Source of the DNA: Pocillopora damicornis
Lineage: Eukaryota
Assembly (NCBI RefSeq): GCF_003704095.1
Contig: NW_020846078.1
Span: forward strand, 186,001-250,000
DNA: 64,000 nucleotides
Direction: 5' to 3'
Shown: piece after piece, positions 44,185-57,089 of the stretch
How the letters are laid out: each line of letters opens with the position of its first letter
Numbering within the stretch: position 1 is the stretch's first letter
Translations under genes and position numbers: made by a program
The notes under the pieces: generated by a model
Told to the model about the DNA's origin: nothing
Databases searched by the model: none
The model's input: only the letters and a program-made list of their open reading frames with translations

Positions 44185-47100
44185 ATGGAAAAATTCGTTT
44201 GGCTGCTGTGGAATGTGGCAATTCCCTTGTTAATCCTTTTTAGAGGTAAGATTGCTGAAAACTGTCTCGCTCAGTAGAAGTACTGTGTTGAATACATTAG
44301 GATCTTTTTTCAGTCGTTTAAGAGATGCAAAAGGAATTCAGCCAGCAGTTATAAATTACCAGCTAAGTAGCTTTATGAGTCAAGATAGTCGGCTAGACAA
44401 AAATGTCTCACGTCGATGATAGAATTTTCTGTAAATAATAAGAAAAATAATTAAGGTCGGGCGGGTCGAGCTCACGACTAGACCCATTGTGTCAAGAGAA
44501 AGGTTCGAATCAAATCGAAATGATAAATTTGGTAAGATGATTTTTTTTACCTTGACTGAACTAAAATTAGGTCTACCTGAGGACTATAATTCTTTGTCGT
44601 GGTCTAATGCGAGACTACTAAATTCAGAGGTTAGCTGTGAAAATATTCTCACCAAGTTAGTTTCCGGCCTTGTTCTTTAAGTCGCTCAGCTGAGATCACC
44701 ATGTTGAATCCTCGCACAAGTGAGCTGCACGTCACAAGCGATGAAATCCTTACTCTATACTTGCGATAAAAACAATACTTAATTTTTTTGTCTAGGACGC
44801 TAAGTGTCTGATAAATATACTTTTTAAAGAAAAAACCGATTAAAATTTCACACAAACTATCTGTCTTAGATACATACATAGCAGAGTCTAACATGATAAC
44901 GAAAATTCAGGAATAGAAACGCATAGAAACCACGGGTTTCGTAAGTAAAAAACAGACGAGAAAAAGTTTAACTTGCGTGTCAGTTAATCTTTTTTTTTAT
45001 TCAATCATAGACAAAACGCCAAAGGGGCTTTGTTTTCTCGAGTCTTCGGTGAGACAGAAACAATATTACGTAATTACCGACTACTTAAGTTAAAAATGTC
45101 TATTTACTTATAGTATGGGACTTAAAACAATCGTGACTTGTCCGTGGAGCTTATGATGCAAATTAATGGCCACTTGACAATAGCTCATTCATATGTTCTG
45201 CACGGTAATTATAATAAGACCACTTGTAAAAGAACCCGGAACGTTCCCTCTAAATCTAGGACGACCAAACTTATTCATGATTAGAGAGAAAGAAAAAGAT
45301 TGTCATTTTTGCAGATTATGTAATGATTTTGTTTGATTTCATTATGAAAACCGATCTACCAATTTACGTTGTCCTTGTTTATAGGAGTCACTGCCTTTGG
45401 CGGAGATGGTTCGTTGGTTTCTCATTCTCATTCTGCCGGCTCCACTGAACCCAAAAGTGGACAGCTTGGAATTTCGAGTCGACTGCCATCCACAACCCAA
45501 TTAATTCGCTCAAGCACACCATCCCTCATAACCGACCACACTGAAGACCTCTTGTTTGTCTCGTCAGTTGTTGGGTCGAAGTCAGCGAATACGACAAATT
45601 TTTACAACGATGGCTTCATTCCAAAATCGAGCTTGAATGCAGGACCGAAAAAAAGCTATGCACCATTTGTGACTAGCAAGTCAACACAGAAAATTCAAGT
45701 CGAATCTTTTGCCTTAAAAAGTGTCTGGCAGAATGGTGAGGCTACATCCACCGAAGATAAAACCTACCCCTCCTCCTTCACCTTTACCTCCTCCTCTTCT
45801 TCGTCTTCCTCTTCAACCCCCCTGCTGCTGTCCCCATCCTCACCCTCTCCTTTACGCTCCTTCCCATTCACCACTCCAATCTCATCCTTTCCATCAGCAT
45901 CGTTTTTATTCACGTCCCTCTCATCATCTCCATCTTCCTCGTCATCAAACATATTCCCCTCGTCCTTCTACTCTCCCCCCTTTCTCTCATCTTCATTCTC
46001 GCGGCCATCCTTCCCTTTCTTTTCCTCCCCCGTCTCCTCTGATATCTCCTCGTCATTAAGCTCATCTTCGTCCCTCTCACCATCACCTTCGTCTTCCTAT
46101 TCGTCAACCTCCCCCAAGGTATCATCCTCCTTCTCTCCATTGGTTTCTTCGTCAACATCGACATTATCATCTTCTCCATCTCCCTTACTCTCATCATTGT
46201 TAGCAACCTCTTCCTTCTCCTCACCAACAGTTTTTTTACCGACACCAGCCTCTTCGTCACTCTTATTTTCCAACTCATCATCAACATCATCATCGTCATC
46301 ATCAGTTTTACCGTTCTTGTTTTCATCTTTGTCCTTGTCGCCATCCCTATCTTTCAACTCTACCNNNNNNNNNNNNNNNNNNNNNNNNNNNNNNNNNNNN
46401 NNNNNNNNNNNNNNNNNNNNNNNNNNNNNNNNNNNNNNNNNNNNNNNNNNNNNNNNNNNNNNNNTCAATGTCGCCATCTCCATCATCGATGATATCGATA
46501 TCTGTTCGGTCATCATCGTTGCCCCTCTCATTCCTACAACGTCTTCCTTCATCAACACCATCCCCATCATCCTCGGCAGCACCGTCAAAGAAGTTTGTAT
46601 CATCTCCTTCATTATCGTCAACTACATCGATGTACGTTGAATCGACCACGACGGTGATTCGTACCAGTGGTACAGAAAAACCTATCAGTCCAACACCCAG
46701 TAAAGTGTGGAGAGCAAAGCTTACAATCATAAACATGNNNNNNNNNNNNNNNNNNNNNNNNNNNNNNNNNNNNNNNNNNNNNNNNNNNNNNNNNNNNNNN
46801 NNNNNNNNNNNNNNNNNNNNNNNNNNNNNNNNNNNNNNNNNNNNNNNNNNNNNNNNNNNNNNNNNNNNNNNNNNNNNNNNNNNNNNNNNNNNNNNNNNNN
46901 NNNNNNNNNNNNNNNNNNNNNNNNNNNNNNNNNNNNNNNNNNNNNNNNNNNNNNNNNNNNNNNNNNNNNNNNNNNNNNNNNNNNNNNNNNNNNNNNNNNN
47001 NNNNNNNNNNNNNNNNNNNNNNNNNNNNNNNNNNNNNNNNNNNNNNNNNNNNNNNNNNNNNNNNNNNNNNNNNNNNNNNNNNNNNNNNNNNNNNNNNNNN

Positions 47101-48240
47101 NNNNNNNNNNNNNNNNNNNTGAGTTTCCTTTAAAAGTGTTCGCTGCCGCAGCGTTTGGGGGTTTGGTAGTTATGGTCATTGGCTTCGTACTATACAAGGT
47201 TAGTATTTGCAAATGTTTCGTTGACCGTTAGATTCGCAGGGTGGGAGATGAGGCAAGAGAGTTATAACGAATTAGAATATACTGAAGTAGTGAATGCGTT
47301 GAAGGCGCGCTCTGACTGGCTATACTCAAATTCCGAATATCCTTTGCTATTCACCTCCGAGCGAAGCGCAGGATTTGCGCCCGAAAATATTGTACTTGTT
47401 GCAGGAATATGTAAGTTATAATCATCTTCGTGTGATATAATCTCACTGTTTTAGTTTATACTAAAACAAATATTCACCTCAGTGTCCGTGGCTAGCGATG
47501 GATTTCTATCCGGCTGCTTCACGGCTCGGTAAATATCCACAACTTAACTTTGGTTAATAGTTCTTAAGTAAATCAAGTNNNNNNNNNNNNNNNNNNNNNN
47601 NNNNNNNNNNNNNNNNNNNNNNNNNNNNNNNNNNNNNNNNNNNNNNNNNNNNNNNNNNNNNNNNNNNNNNNNNNNNNNNNNNNNNNNNNNNNNNNNNNNN
47701 NNNNNNNNNNNGAGAGATGTAATTTTTAGTTGGTGCATCTCAACGCCAACAAATTTTGATTAAGGACGGACAAGTTACCTCAGACGGAAACGATCCAACT
47801 ATGTATATGATGCAGCTTCGTCGCTTTCTTCCTAAATCTTACGTGAGCGTTGCAAGTATAGAATTTTTTCATAATCGGATCTATGAAGTCTATAAACATC
47901 AATATAGAACAGACAGAGAATGGTCTTTATTTTAGAGAGGAGTACTTTGGCTATGTAGTGATAACATTATGGAGAAGAACATGTTATTGAATGCAAATTT
48001 CTTCCATTCTTCTTAAATTACCAGAAAATCAGCCAAAAAAGAAGAGAGCGTGAGGGCTTTAAAAATACAAAGGATATATTTGCGTTGAACGACTTCAATT
48101 CACCAAATGATAATGAGGAGGAAGAAAGAGAGCTTGCCTCACAGAAAATGCGAATCAGTGTTTACGAAGACAAAGAGGAAGATGAGGACGAAATAACACC
48201 ATTTTGCAAACCTGGCGTCAAGAGAATGAGTACTATGTGA
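44185..48240 (+). CDS. Mucin-like single-pass type I membrane protein (Ser/Pro-rich ectodomain), interrupted by gaps
   Basis: Exon 44185-44245 MEKFVWLLWNVAIPLLILFR(G) joins tttatag|45385 (GVTA-FGG), forming a signal peptide. Ser/Pro-rich ORF to gap 46365, resuming 46468-46737. TM segment FPLKVFAAAAFGGLVVMVIGFVLYK ends AAG|GTTAG at 47198. Last exon 48025-48240 KISQKRRERE...acidic tail...KRMSTM*. Confidence 0.8.
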
Positions 48241-51200
48241 TATTAATTTAGCAATTAAGCAATTATAATTATTTAAGTAATTTGGAAGTCAAAATTTCCC
48301 TTCTTGTTTTCATCCAGTTAGCCAATGATGTCGCTTTGTAATCAGCTTTAGGTAAAAAAAAGCGCTTGCTTTTGATCTGTTAAATTGCAACCAATTAGGT
48401 GCAAGATTTTTCCGCGCTTAAGGATAATCAAATTTATTAGCCTTGCATTTTTTTGCGCTTTGGCTTTTTTTTAATAGGAAAAAACTGTCTTAGTGGAGCA
48501 CAAGACCTGAGCATCCGACTGTTTTATTCGAAGGATACGGAAAAAAGGTTGCTTAGCAACTAAATACCATCGATGGAAGGAGTTCTTTATGACGAGTTAG
48601 GAAGTAATTGTTTTAAACGTTGTATAGAAGACAACATTTAATTTTTAACAGTAGGTGTCCTTTTTAAAGGTAGTTTTAGACAAGATGAAAATTTTTAAGC
48701 ATAACTTAAGTTTCATTTGGAAGGAAGTCGTTGGAGTCTATTATAGTTTTGATTTGTTGCTTATTTCTAGTTTTTTATTGTTAATTAGTTGCACCAAGAG
48801 TGGACAGACTACGTTCACTGAGGGTGATCGGGTTTTCCTCATTCAGTAGAAGCTACATATAAAAATTTTAGGGAGCCAAGAATGCAGCCTCGTAGAAGCA
48901 TAACAGCGTTGGGTAGACTTGAAAAAAAATTATGCATAATAAAGAAGACATCAAACTGGAGTTCCTTTTCCTAGTTGTTAGATTTTAAGAAAATCAACGT
49001 AAAGTACAGCTCAACGTGAGCTTGTTAGTTGTTTTGCAGGGGGAAGCGCACATTGTGTCGTAAACGGTGAAGTGCAAGTCCTTTTTTAAACTAAACTAAT
49101 CCCTTGCTTTGGTTGTGTACGTTTGAATTGAGAGAGGGGCGTATCTCAGACTCCTATGACATTCGCGCCCTCCTTACTCTCACTTAAAAAGGTCTAGCTA
49201 CACCCTCGGTAACAAATTCACTTTGTGCCGTTTCGTTTATACAATATAGCGAGTAAAGCCTGCGGAATCTGTGTCGAGGTACCAAAGGGGTTGTCCTTTT
49301 GGCCAAGAGAGGGCTGTAGGTATTCTATCATGGCTCTCGATCAGTAATTTGCTTTGACTCACATATACTTACAAAATGCATCTGACATCTGTCATGTCTG
49401 GCCCTCTACAGAGAAGAGCGACCTTCATTAGGTGACTTCATCCATCATGTGTATCTGAACTAATTTGCTGCTTCTATATTTCAAACATCTCTAACCTAAA
49501 CTGTTAGAATATCTTTGGAGAACATTAGTACTAAGATCATAGCTGGAATTTTTCCGAATGAGGCTGTTACTACTGCTTTAGCTTGTTTATCAGGGGGTTC
49601 GTATTCACGTGGTGCAAAGAACTGGTCATATCCAACCAATAAATCAATATCCAGCAGATAAAACACTATCTAGCAGATAATTTTTGACAAATTGTAGTGG
49701 GTTACCCACTGGATCAAGATTCCATTTGAGTGAGGATAACAACTTGTCTTTTAAAACAAATCTGTTGTCAATTATATGAAATTTTTTTTGTTCCGTACAC
49801 CCTTTTGTCACGATAAAGAGTGGAATTTAAGGATCAGAGCCAAATCTATTATCAAAGCTCTGTTATGTGGAATGAAAGCATTGCAGATTTGCATTGCTAT
49901 TAGGAATGCAAAGCAGTTGTACTGAATTGCCTTTAAAAATATGATCCAGTTGATAATGTTATCCATCCATTAAACAACTGAGGCCTGAATTATAAGGTTT
50001 GCGTATTCTTGATTCAAAATAATGGGTGGGGAGGGGGGGTATGGGCACCAGGACCCCCCCTTAGTTTGCCCCTTAGCACACACCATTCATCTTCTGCTCG
50101 GCAAACTTGGTACCGGGTAATCAGGCTCCCAGTTTAAACAGCAAACTCAACAAAACCTTGCTACTTTATCGGATCTTATAGATCCATCACTTTTTAATGG
50201 CTATATTCTGTAACACCTTACCATCACCCTTTCACACTTGCTTTACTTTTTGCATCAAATGGACACTCTTTAAGATACCTGCAGACTCTTACAGCTTTCT
50301 TTTTTACATGAATTCACTCATGAAACTTGGATATAATATAGAAATGAATACTTACAGTCCTTTAATAGCCATTAAGTGTGGTCTCCACACAAGATTTCCC
50401 TAAGAGAGGTTTAAACATTAAGTTAAGAGGACTTAAAAAAATATTGAGCTTAAAAAATTAACTCCTAACTATGTAAATATCTCAAAAAGGCAGTTTAATG
50501 GAAGTTTCTTGCTAACTGGTGAACACAAAATAGATCTTAAAATGGTGTACTGCTTCATGTTTGACATGTAGGCATTCTATTCATTACTGCACTAACTAAA
50601 GATAAATAAGAATCATTCAAGGCTTATATGACGCTACATGCCATTGATGTTGCTGACAGAAATTTATTACATTACTGATATTATAATGATTTGAGAAAAA
50701 CAGGCCAGTCTTGTAGTAAATTTACAGGAAAAAAGCCACACAAAATCTAAGAAATAGTAATGCGGTTCTTATCACAAAAATCAGTGTATTCTGTAACTTT
50801 TCCTGATATTTTCAAGGTTTGAATTTAATTTTAAAACTATCAAGAATGCCATATTGGCAACCAAGATACAACTTTTAAGGACTTGTAAGGAATGCTTTTG
50901 AAAAGTTGGCCCCTGATCAGAGTCATTGTTTTCTTGAGCAAGACACCTTATTCTGACAGTGACTCTTTCCATCTAAAATTAAAAAGCAGAACCAACAAAT
51001 TGTCAGAACCAACTCATGACATGAAACACTGGGGTACATGAACTGTTATGGACTAGCTTCCCATCCAAGTGCAGGATGGGAATCAGGAAACAGAAATGGA
51101 AAAGTTGTGTCATCTGGGGTGAGTGGTCTACTCTTGCATATGTAAGAGTGTGTCGCACTAACATGAATACTATATACATTTATAGCTACTACATGACTCA

Positions 51201-51393
51201 ACACATAGTTATAATTCTAATATTAATTAAAATTTATACTAACAGTAAACAAATACCATAATTCATTATCATTCTTATTATCACGTTCCTGCCAACTTTT
51301 TTAATGTCTAAAATGCATGAGGTTTCTTTTGGGATATGAGTTAATGTCTGGGGACATGAATGCGTGAATGCATGCTCCTATATTATTATTGAT

Positions 51394-52779
51394 TCAGTTT
51401 AATCCAAAGAAGTCAGTTGACTGTGGGTTGATGTAGGGGCGTATAGGAGAATGAATTCCACCCCAGTGATCCATCTCATGTGAACGCTGATTGTAGATCA
51501 CAAGTTGCTTCGAATCCAAATCAAGGTAAAACAAGAACAAATCCCCGCACTGCCAGTTGCTGATTGTGCTGACAATTGCTGAGGAATTTGGGTAGTACTT
51601 CATACCATTACTCCAGCGCCAAGTACGATGACCATCAGTGACACCCACTTCAAAGACATGGTGGTCAGAAGATCTTTTGAGCTTGTCAGGTGTAAGAATT
51701 CGCACTTGCCAGGAATGGCAACCTCGTTTGAACCAATACCCTGTCAAGGACTCCTTGTCCTGGTCATATACTTCTGGCGGGAGAGTAGCACATGTTGAAT
51801 CAAGAATGTAGAATGAAGATTCCACCTTCCACTTGACTGGTTCATTGGTGATGCAATGCCCGGCCACATACACGTGTATAGTGTGGGTTCCCATCACACT
51901 AGGGTGGTAAGAGAAGGTGTGGTGTTCAGCTTTACTCCCCATGATGGCATTTTGTAACTCACCATCTCCTGGTGGTTTTATGTTCACCTTCACCTGATTT
52001 ACTCCAACTTTGCAGTTCCTTCCTTGGCTGTCTTTGAGAGAAACAATGAAGTAGGCACTCTGATGACATCTGGAAGAAAACACCTGTCCATTCTTTCCTC
52101 CCAGCATGCTGAGAAAATACTGATCATGCTGTTGACTATCTTCATCCCTAACACAAGCCATCTTGTCAACAATGAGGTCAACCACCAAGGATTTATCCAC
52201 ATCTATGCCAAAATTACTGGTGCGACATGGCTCCCCTTGCAAAGCAACTTCTTTGAAATCAGGTAGACCAGACAATTTGCTCCTGCTGGTTAGCAACTCC
52301 AAGTCAGACATTTGACACAGTGCATGTCCAGTGCATTCTACTTTATTATGGATTTCCTCAAAAGCAAGACTCATTGTCTTCTCTTGATTCAGAAGCTGTT
52401 GGACTTTCTCATCACGCAACACAGCAATATCTCTTTTCAACTGTGCTCGTTTACGTTCCAAGGCTGCTATATTTTCATCAATAAGATGATCAACCTCCCT
52501 TTCTGACTCCAAAGCCCTTACCTCTACTTGCTTCTTCACTTCTGACACCAAGAGAATTGATCTTTGAAGACCAGATAATTTCTGCTTTGCATCTTCAAGG
52601 CCTTGTTGGATTGCTTCCCTTTCCTTAGCACTTGCATTTCGAATGGACATGTACTTATGGTTTCTGTGACCTTCCCTAACAACACAGTTTCTACAGACTA
52701 CATCATTACAGGTTTGACACAAGAACTTGGCAAGCTCTGCAGGATGATCCTTACAAGAAGGCTCACTTCCTGAAGCCAT
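51394..52779 (-). CDS. RING-less TRIM-like protein: B-box2, coiled coil, filamin-type Ig domain, SPRY-like C-terminus (TRIM45-like)
   Basis: 461-aa single-exon ORF. B-box CKDH...CQTCNDVVCRNC...HRNH; heptad region; filamin FIVSLKDSQG...FSYHPSVMGTHTIHVYVAG; SPRY-like GCHSWQVRI...GDLFLFYLDLDSKQLVIYN. UTR acceptor ~52871, candidate upstream donor 54821. Confidence 0.88.
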   Translation of the reverse strand: MASGSEPSCKDHPAELAKFLCQTCNDVVCRNCVVREGHRNHKYMSIRNASAKEREAIQQGLEDAKQKLSGLQRSILLVSEVKKQVEVRALESEREVDHLIDENIAALERKRAQLKRDIAVLRDEKVQQLLNQEKTMSLAFEEIHNKVECTGHALCQMSDLELLTSRSKLSGLPDFKEVALQGEPCRTSNFGIDVDKSLVVDLIVDKMACVRDEDSQQHDQYFLSMLGGKNGQVFSSRCHQSAYFIVSLKDSQGRNCKVGVNQVKVNIKPPGDGELQNAIMGSKAEHHTFSYHPSVMGTHTIHVYVAGHCITNEPVKWKVESSFYILDSTCATLPPEVYDQDKESLTGYWFKRGCHSWQVRILTPDKLKRSSDHHVFEVGVTDGHRTWRWSNGMKYYPNSSAIVSTISNWQCGDLFLFYLDLDSKQLVIYNQRSHEMDHWGGIHSPIRPYINPQSTDFFGLN

Positions 52780-52991
52780 ATGGTTACCCTCTTGTAACAG
52801 GTTATTGTTTTTATGAGAGTATTAAGTCCTCTCAGATTTACCAGTCAGTGATTTGTTTTAGTACCAATACCTGCCAAGACAAAACAAAATAAAATATATT
52901 GGTTACTAGTAAATTTCTGGCACATGCAAAGCTTCAAATAAAGGTCTTAGAAAAAATCTACTTAGCGGGTGATTACAATTTTACCTCTTAA

Positions 52992-53402
52992 CCCTTGGCA
53001 CCCTAACATCAGCATGCACATTCTCCCTACTGTTCTCGGAACAATTCCTAACATGCTGATGAGGAAAATTTGTCTAACAATCAAGAGCTTTTTTGGTTGC
53101 AGATCATTTCTTTGATTCCTGTGACCTTAACCCTTTAACTCCCAAGACTTTATTGTTAATTTTCCCCTCTAGCTCCTCACATTTCCATGTAAATTTATCA
53201 CCAGAATTTGGTGTTACATCAAAATAATAACTTCTTCCTGATAAGTTTGAATATTCTCATGACCTGTTTGCTGGATAATGTAAGAATATTACTAGAAGAA
53301 GTCTCATGTTGATCACTTCTGGGAGTTAAAGAGTTAATGTTTGATTCAGGGGTGATATTGTAAGGTGAAATTAGAGGCTGGTCACTTTTAGAGTTTAAAG
53401 GG
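52992..53402. mobile_element. Nested TTAA-MITEs: subfamily A (53131-53333) inside subfamily B
   Basis: Outer TTAA 52988-91 / 53403-06; inner TTAA 53127-30 / 53334-37. Confidence 0.9.
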
Positions 53403-55708
53403 TTAATGGCAGTGAACCAGTGGGCCCACATTCTAAGAGGACTTTCAAAAGACATCTACAGGAGCCTTATGCATGTTAATAATAACTTTTTAAGACGAAT
53501 TCTGATATATATTTTTGACAAAATAATTATAACTACTAAAACAGATTTAATATTAAAAGCTGGGAATTGATATATTTTTTGCTGCTCTTTAGAACTGAGT
53601 TAAAGAGATGGAATTGTTCGATTTTCCTTCAAGATATCAACTGAGGCGCAGATTTTTGTTTGTGTAGGTGAAAGCGTGAAAATCATAGGAACATGTACAA
53701 TGTTGAATGTTGCCTAACAGAACTTGGAAAATATTGCTTAATATCTTGTTTTCAAAGCGTGAATTGCACCGATTATAATATAAATGATATACTTTGGTTG
53801 ATCCTGGTTCATCAAAGCACTATTTATGGAAAAAAAACCCAATAAACTTATTCGAGCGTACACGTAAAATAATTTGAAAACAATATGGCCGAATCAGACT
53901 AACTTGATGTTGATCGTTTCTTTATCGGAAACAATAAAAGTACTGATACAGGTAATTTTAAATTCTGCAGATCGCCCCAAGATGAGGGTTGACGAAAAAG
54001 TTATGTCGTCTTCAAAAGATGAAGATTAACCCAGAGGGGACACATGCTGAGCCAAACGATTAAATTGTGGGATTGTTGGGGGTGTGTTCAGCCATTGTAA
54101 GAAAAACACCAATAGACGGTCCGGAAGGTGGAGTTGAAAATCTGTTCGTTTTGGCAACTGTAAGTCGTCTGTCTTTTGGCCTTGAAAACTACTTATAGGC
54201 ATGTCGAAAAACAATGATAAAAGAAAGATATGATTGTAAGAAACTGCCCAGAAACAGAGCTTTAGCACCTTAGAGGAAATCTGGAATCGTCACGAAAACT
54301 AAAATATTCAAATGAGATAAGGTAGATGATGTAATGTCGCAAGTTGGACTGCAGAATTTCCTTCAACCAGCTGAACTTTGTACATAATCAGACAATCAAA
54401 GTTCAATGAAAGTATCACTTTTCAAATTTTGGAAACTGAAAATCGCTCGCTTCACAATAACACTTAGAAACATAAAATATGCACTAAAAAAGTATGCAAA
54501 TCACTTTATGCCGTAAACACATACATTATAATTATTCTTCTGGCACTTTTACCGTCTGGTAGATTGTTTGTTCACAAAAAGCAAGTTCCAGCTTACAACT
54601 CTCCAAAAATCTTATTAAATTTGTCCTTATTAGTCTCTGGCGCCGTGGAAAATAGCTAATGTTCGAGCGGCCATATCATCGAAACCGAAAGTAATCGTAG
54701 AAATTCACAATACAGCCCTCCAGGCCTAAGCATTACGCAGACAAACTTCAACTGACAATTTTAAAGTCAGGAACACAGCTAAGTATTTAGGAAAATCGGT
54801 GACAGAGACATTAAACTTACCATATATCTGGTGTGGATGAAATCACGTTTCCCTGATGCGCGCACACAAGTCAACATCAGCAGCTGTAAGGAATTACTTC
54901 ATGATATTTATTGATCTTTCTGTTAGCGTAAGGGGACTGGGATTGAGTGGCAGCTTTAGAAAAACATTTGCTCCTTTAACATGAAAGCCTCTAACGAAAT
55001 CCTATCAGAAGGATATTTCTTCGGCAATTTTATCGAGAAATTTGTGGGGATTTAAAAAAAAAGGGGAACGTTGTCCAAAAAAAGGAGTAAAATGAAATTA
55101 AATAAACGAAAGCAAGACTATCTGCGGAAACATTGAGAGCGAGAAGAGCTGTAACCGAAAGCAGCCAGATGATTGCCTAATAAAGTGAGGTACAACGGCA
55201 CTGATCATAAATTTTAGATAATAAATCGGAAATCCGCACTTCAGTCGTTCTTATTAAGCTCCTGGTTATATACATTCATATTACTACAGCTTCTGTTAAC
55301 AAAAACTACGTAGCCTTAATTCAAGGAATGGCTTCAACGAAACTTGTTTTAAAAGCTGTTCCCGTAACTCCATGTCTGGCTTCAGCTAAACTGACGTACA
55401 CAGCATGCAACGATACAGAATTAATTGATGACAGAACAAAAACGAAAATACAGCTCTGCAAATACGAAGCACTTCATCAAAAATCTCGAACTTCACTCTT
55501 ACTCTTTAAAACATGAATAATAGTGATTTATCATAAGGAAGTAGCGTTTGTTATGAAATCTTGAAATTTTTCTTCACTGCATTTGGTTAACCGTGGGGGA
55601 TTGTGCTGTTCAAAAGCTTTGAAATATGGCTACGTTTCGCTATGAATGCGATAGGCACTTTCAGTGGTTCTCAGAATACGTACAAGTGTACAAACATCAT
55701 AAACCAGG

Positions 55709-55797
55709 AAACTAAAAATTTACCTCCAAATTAAAGCGTTTAAATAAGTGTGCAAACATTATGATGAATCAGCAAACTAAAAATTTACCTCCAAATT
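55709..55797. repeat. 24-bp direct repeat, 2 copies
   Basis: AAACTAAAAATTTACCTCCAAATT at ~55709 and ~55774. Confidence 0.75.
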
Positions 55798-57089
55798 GCA
55801 GCGGAATCTAAGTTCTCCTTTCCTTATCTATGTGTTTTTTAACTGGCAGACATCAAACAAAATCAGCGGTTTCACATTATCATGATACAAGTTGTCATAT
55901 CATGGTTTGAGGGCAATTGAGGAACAGTCGACAGTTAATAAGTTCAACCTTCAGACCAGCGACGCGGTACACCGAGTATGTTAATTGTCCCGCTTTTCCA
56001 GACGCTTTCTTTGTGGTATTGTAAACACTGCGTAATCTATTTTTAATGACTTTTTCGACGAAGCTGACAGTGGGAACTTGCCTATTAAATTTCAATTCTT
56101 TTTTGGATGTCGAGCTCCGCTGAGTTAATTAGAAAATAAAATAAAAAGTTGCTGATGCCACACAATGTTTAAGGATTTTACGCGCTGTAAAATGTTCATA
56201 TGCGAAAACATATCGTTGCTAGAGCGATTCTTTTAATAAATGATCGTCTGTCAGTGATCGTATGGGTGAGAGTAGTCCGAGAGAAGACTTTTTCCACGGC
56301 CTTATGTCTGGGTGGAGGGGTGGGGTACGTACTGGATTAATCTTTGCTGGATATCTGCCGCTGGTCTCTCACCACCCCTCCCCCCAATTATAAGTATAAT
56401 CTATTCCTTTGGCCAATTATAGACCCCATCTTAGTCAATTTTGGTAATTTGGTAACAACTCCATAACGGTGGATCTTTCCATTTTTAAACCCCACTTACC
56501 AGAATTTTTTTAATTAACCTCAAAACCCCGAAAATTTGCCACCTCTTTCTAAAATGCGACTCCACTATAGTACACCAAGTCTTAAGAATGCGACCCCATC
56601 CAGCGGGACATTCCTAGTGGACGATAACTAGGGGAGTACCCGCTGGGGTTTTAGGGGCAACTTGACCTGAGAAGTCGAGAGCCTTCTCGATGTGCCTAAT
56701 GACAGTATGTGTCTGAGCCTGTCTGAGGTCATCTACACAAAACTGACCCATCCGAATTAAGGAAATACGCAATCTATTCTCTTTTTGTCACCATTACTTC
56801 ATTTTTTTCTGAGCAATGATTGGCAGAACTGAACTTATTTATCACTATAGTTTATTTCCAACTCGCCATACAAATGATAAGAACTAGAAGAGAAGGCCTG
56901 GGAAGGAGTAAGTTAAAAATACTTTGCCTTTACATGACGTACTAACTTGAGCAGACATCTTCGAAGATTAACTGGAAGATAAGGAAAGGAAATTATTAAT
57001 AGTTGGAATTGACCTCTTTCTAGAACCGAATTTTGGTGCTACTTGTATTGAGAAGTATTTAAGCTTCGACTGGTGGAGCAGGTTTTGAT

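Noticed and set aside
45764-46736. Asp/Glu-rich minus-strand ORFs resembling coral acid-rich biomineralisation proteins
   Set aside because: They are the antisense reading of Ser (TCN) codons, are broken by stops and lack a signal peptide; the + strand has the coherent signal-stalk-TM-tail gene.
47729-47843. Possible extra exon of the mucin-like gene
   Set aside because: Its open frame is not phase-compatible with the 47198 donor, and 47198 to 48025 already splices in frame; a neighbouring gap leaves it unresolved.
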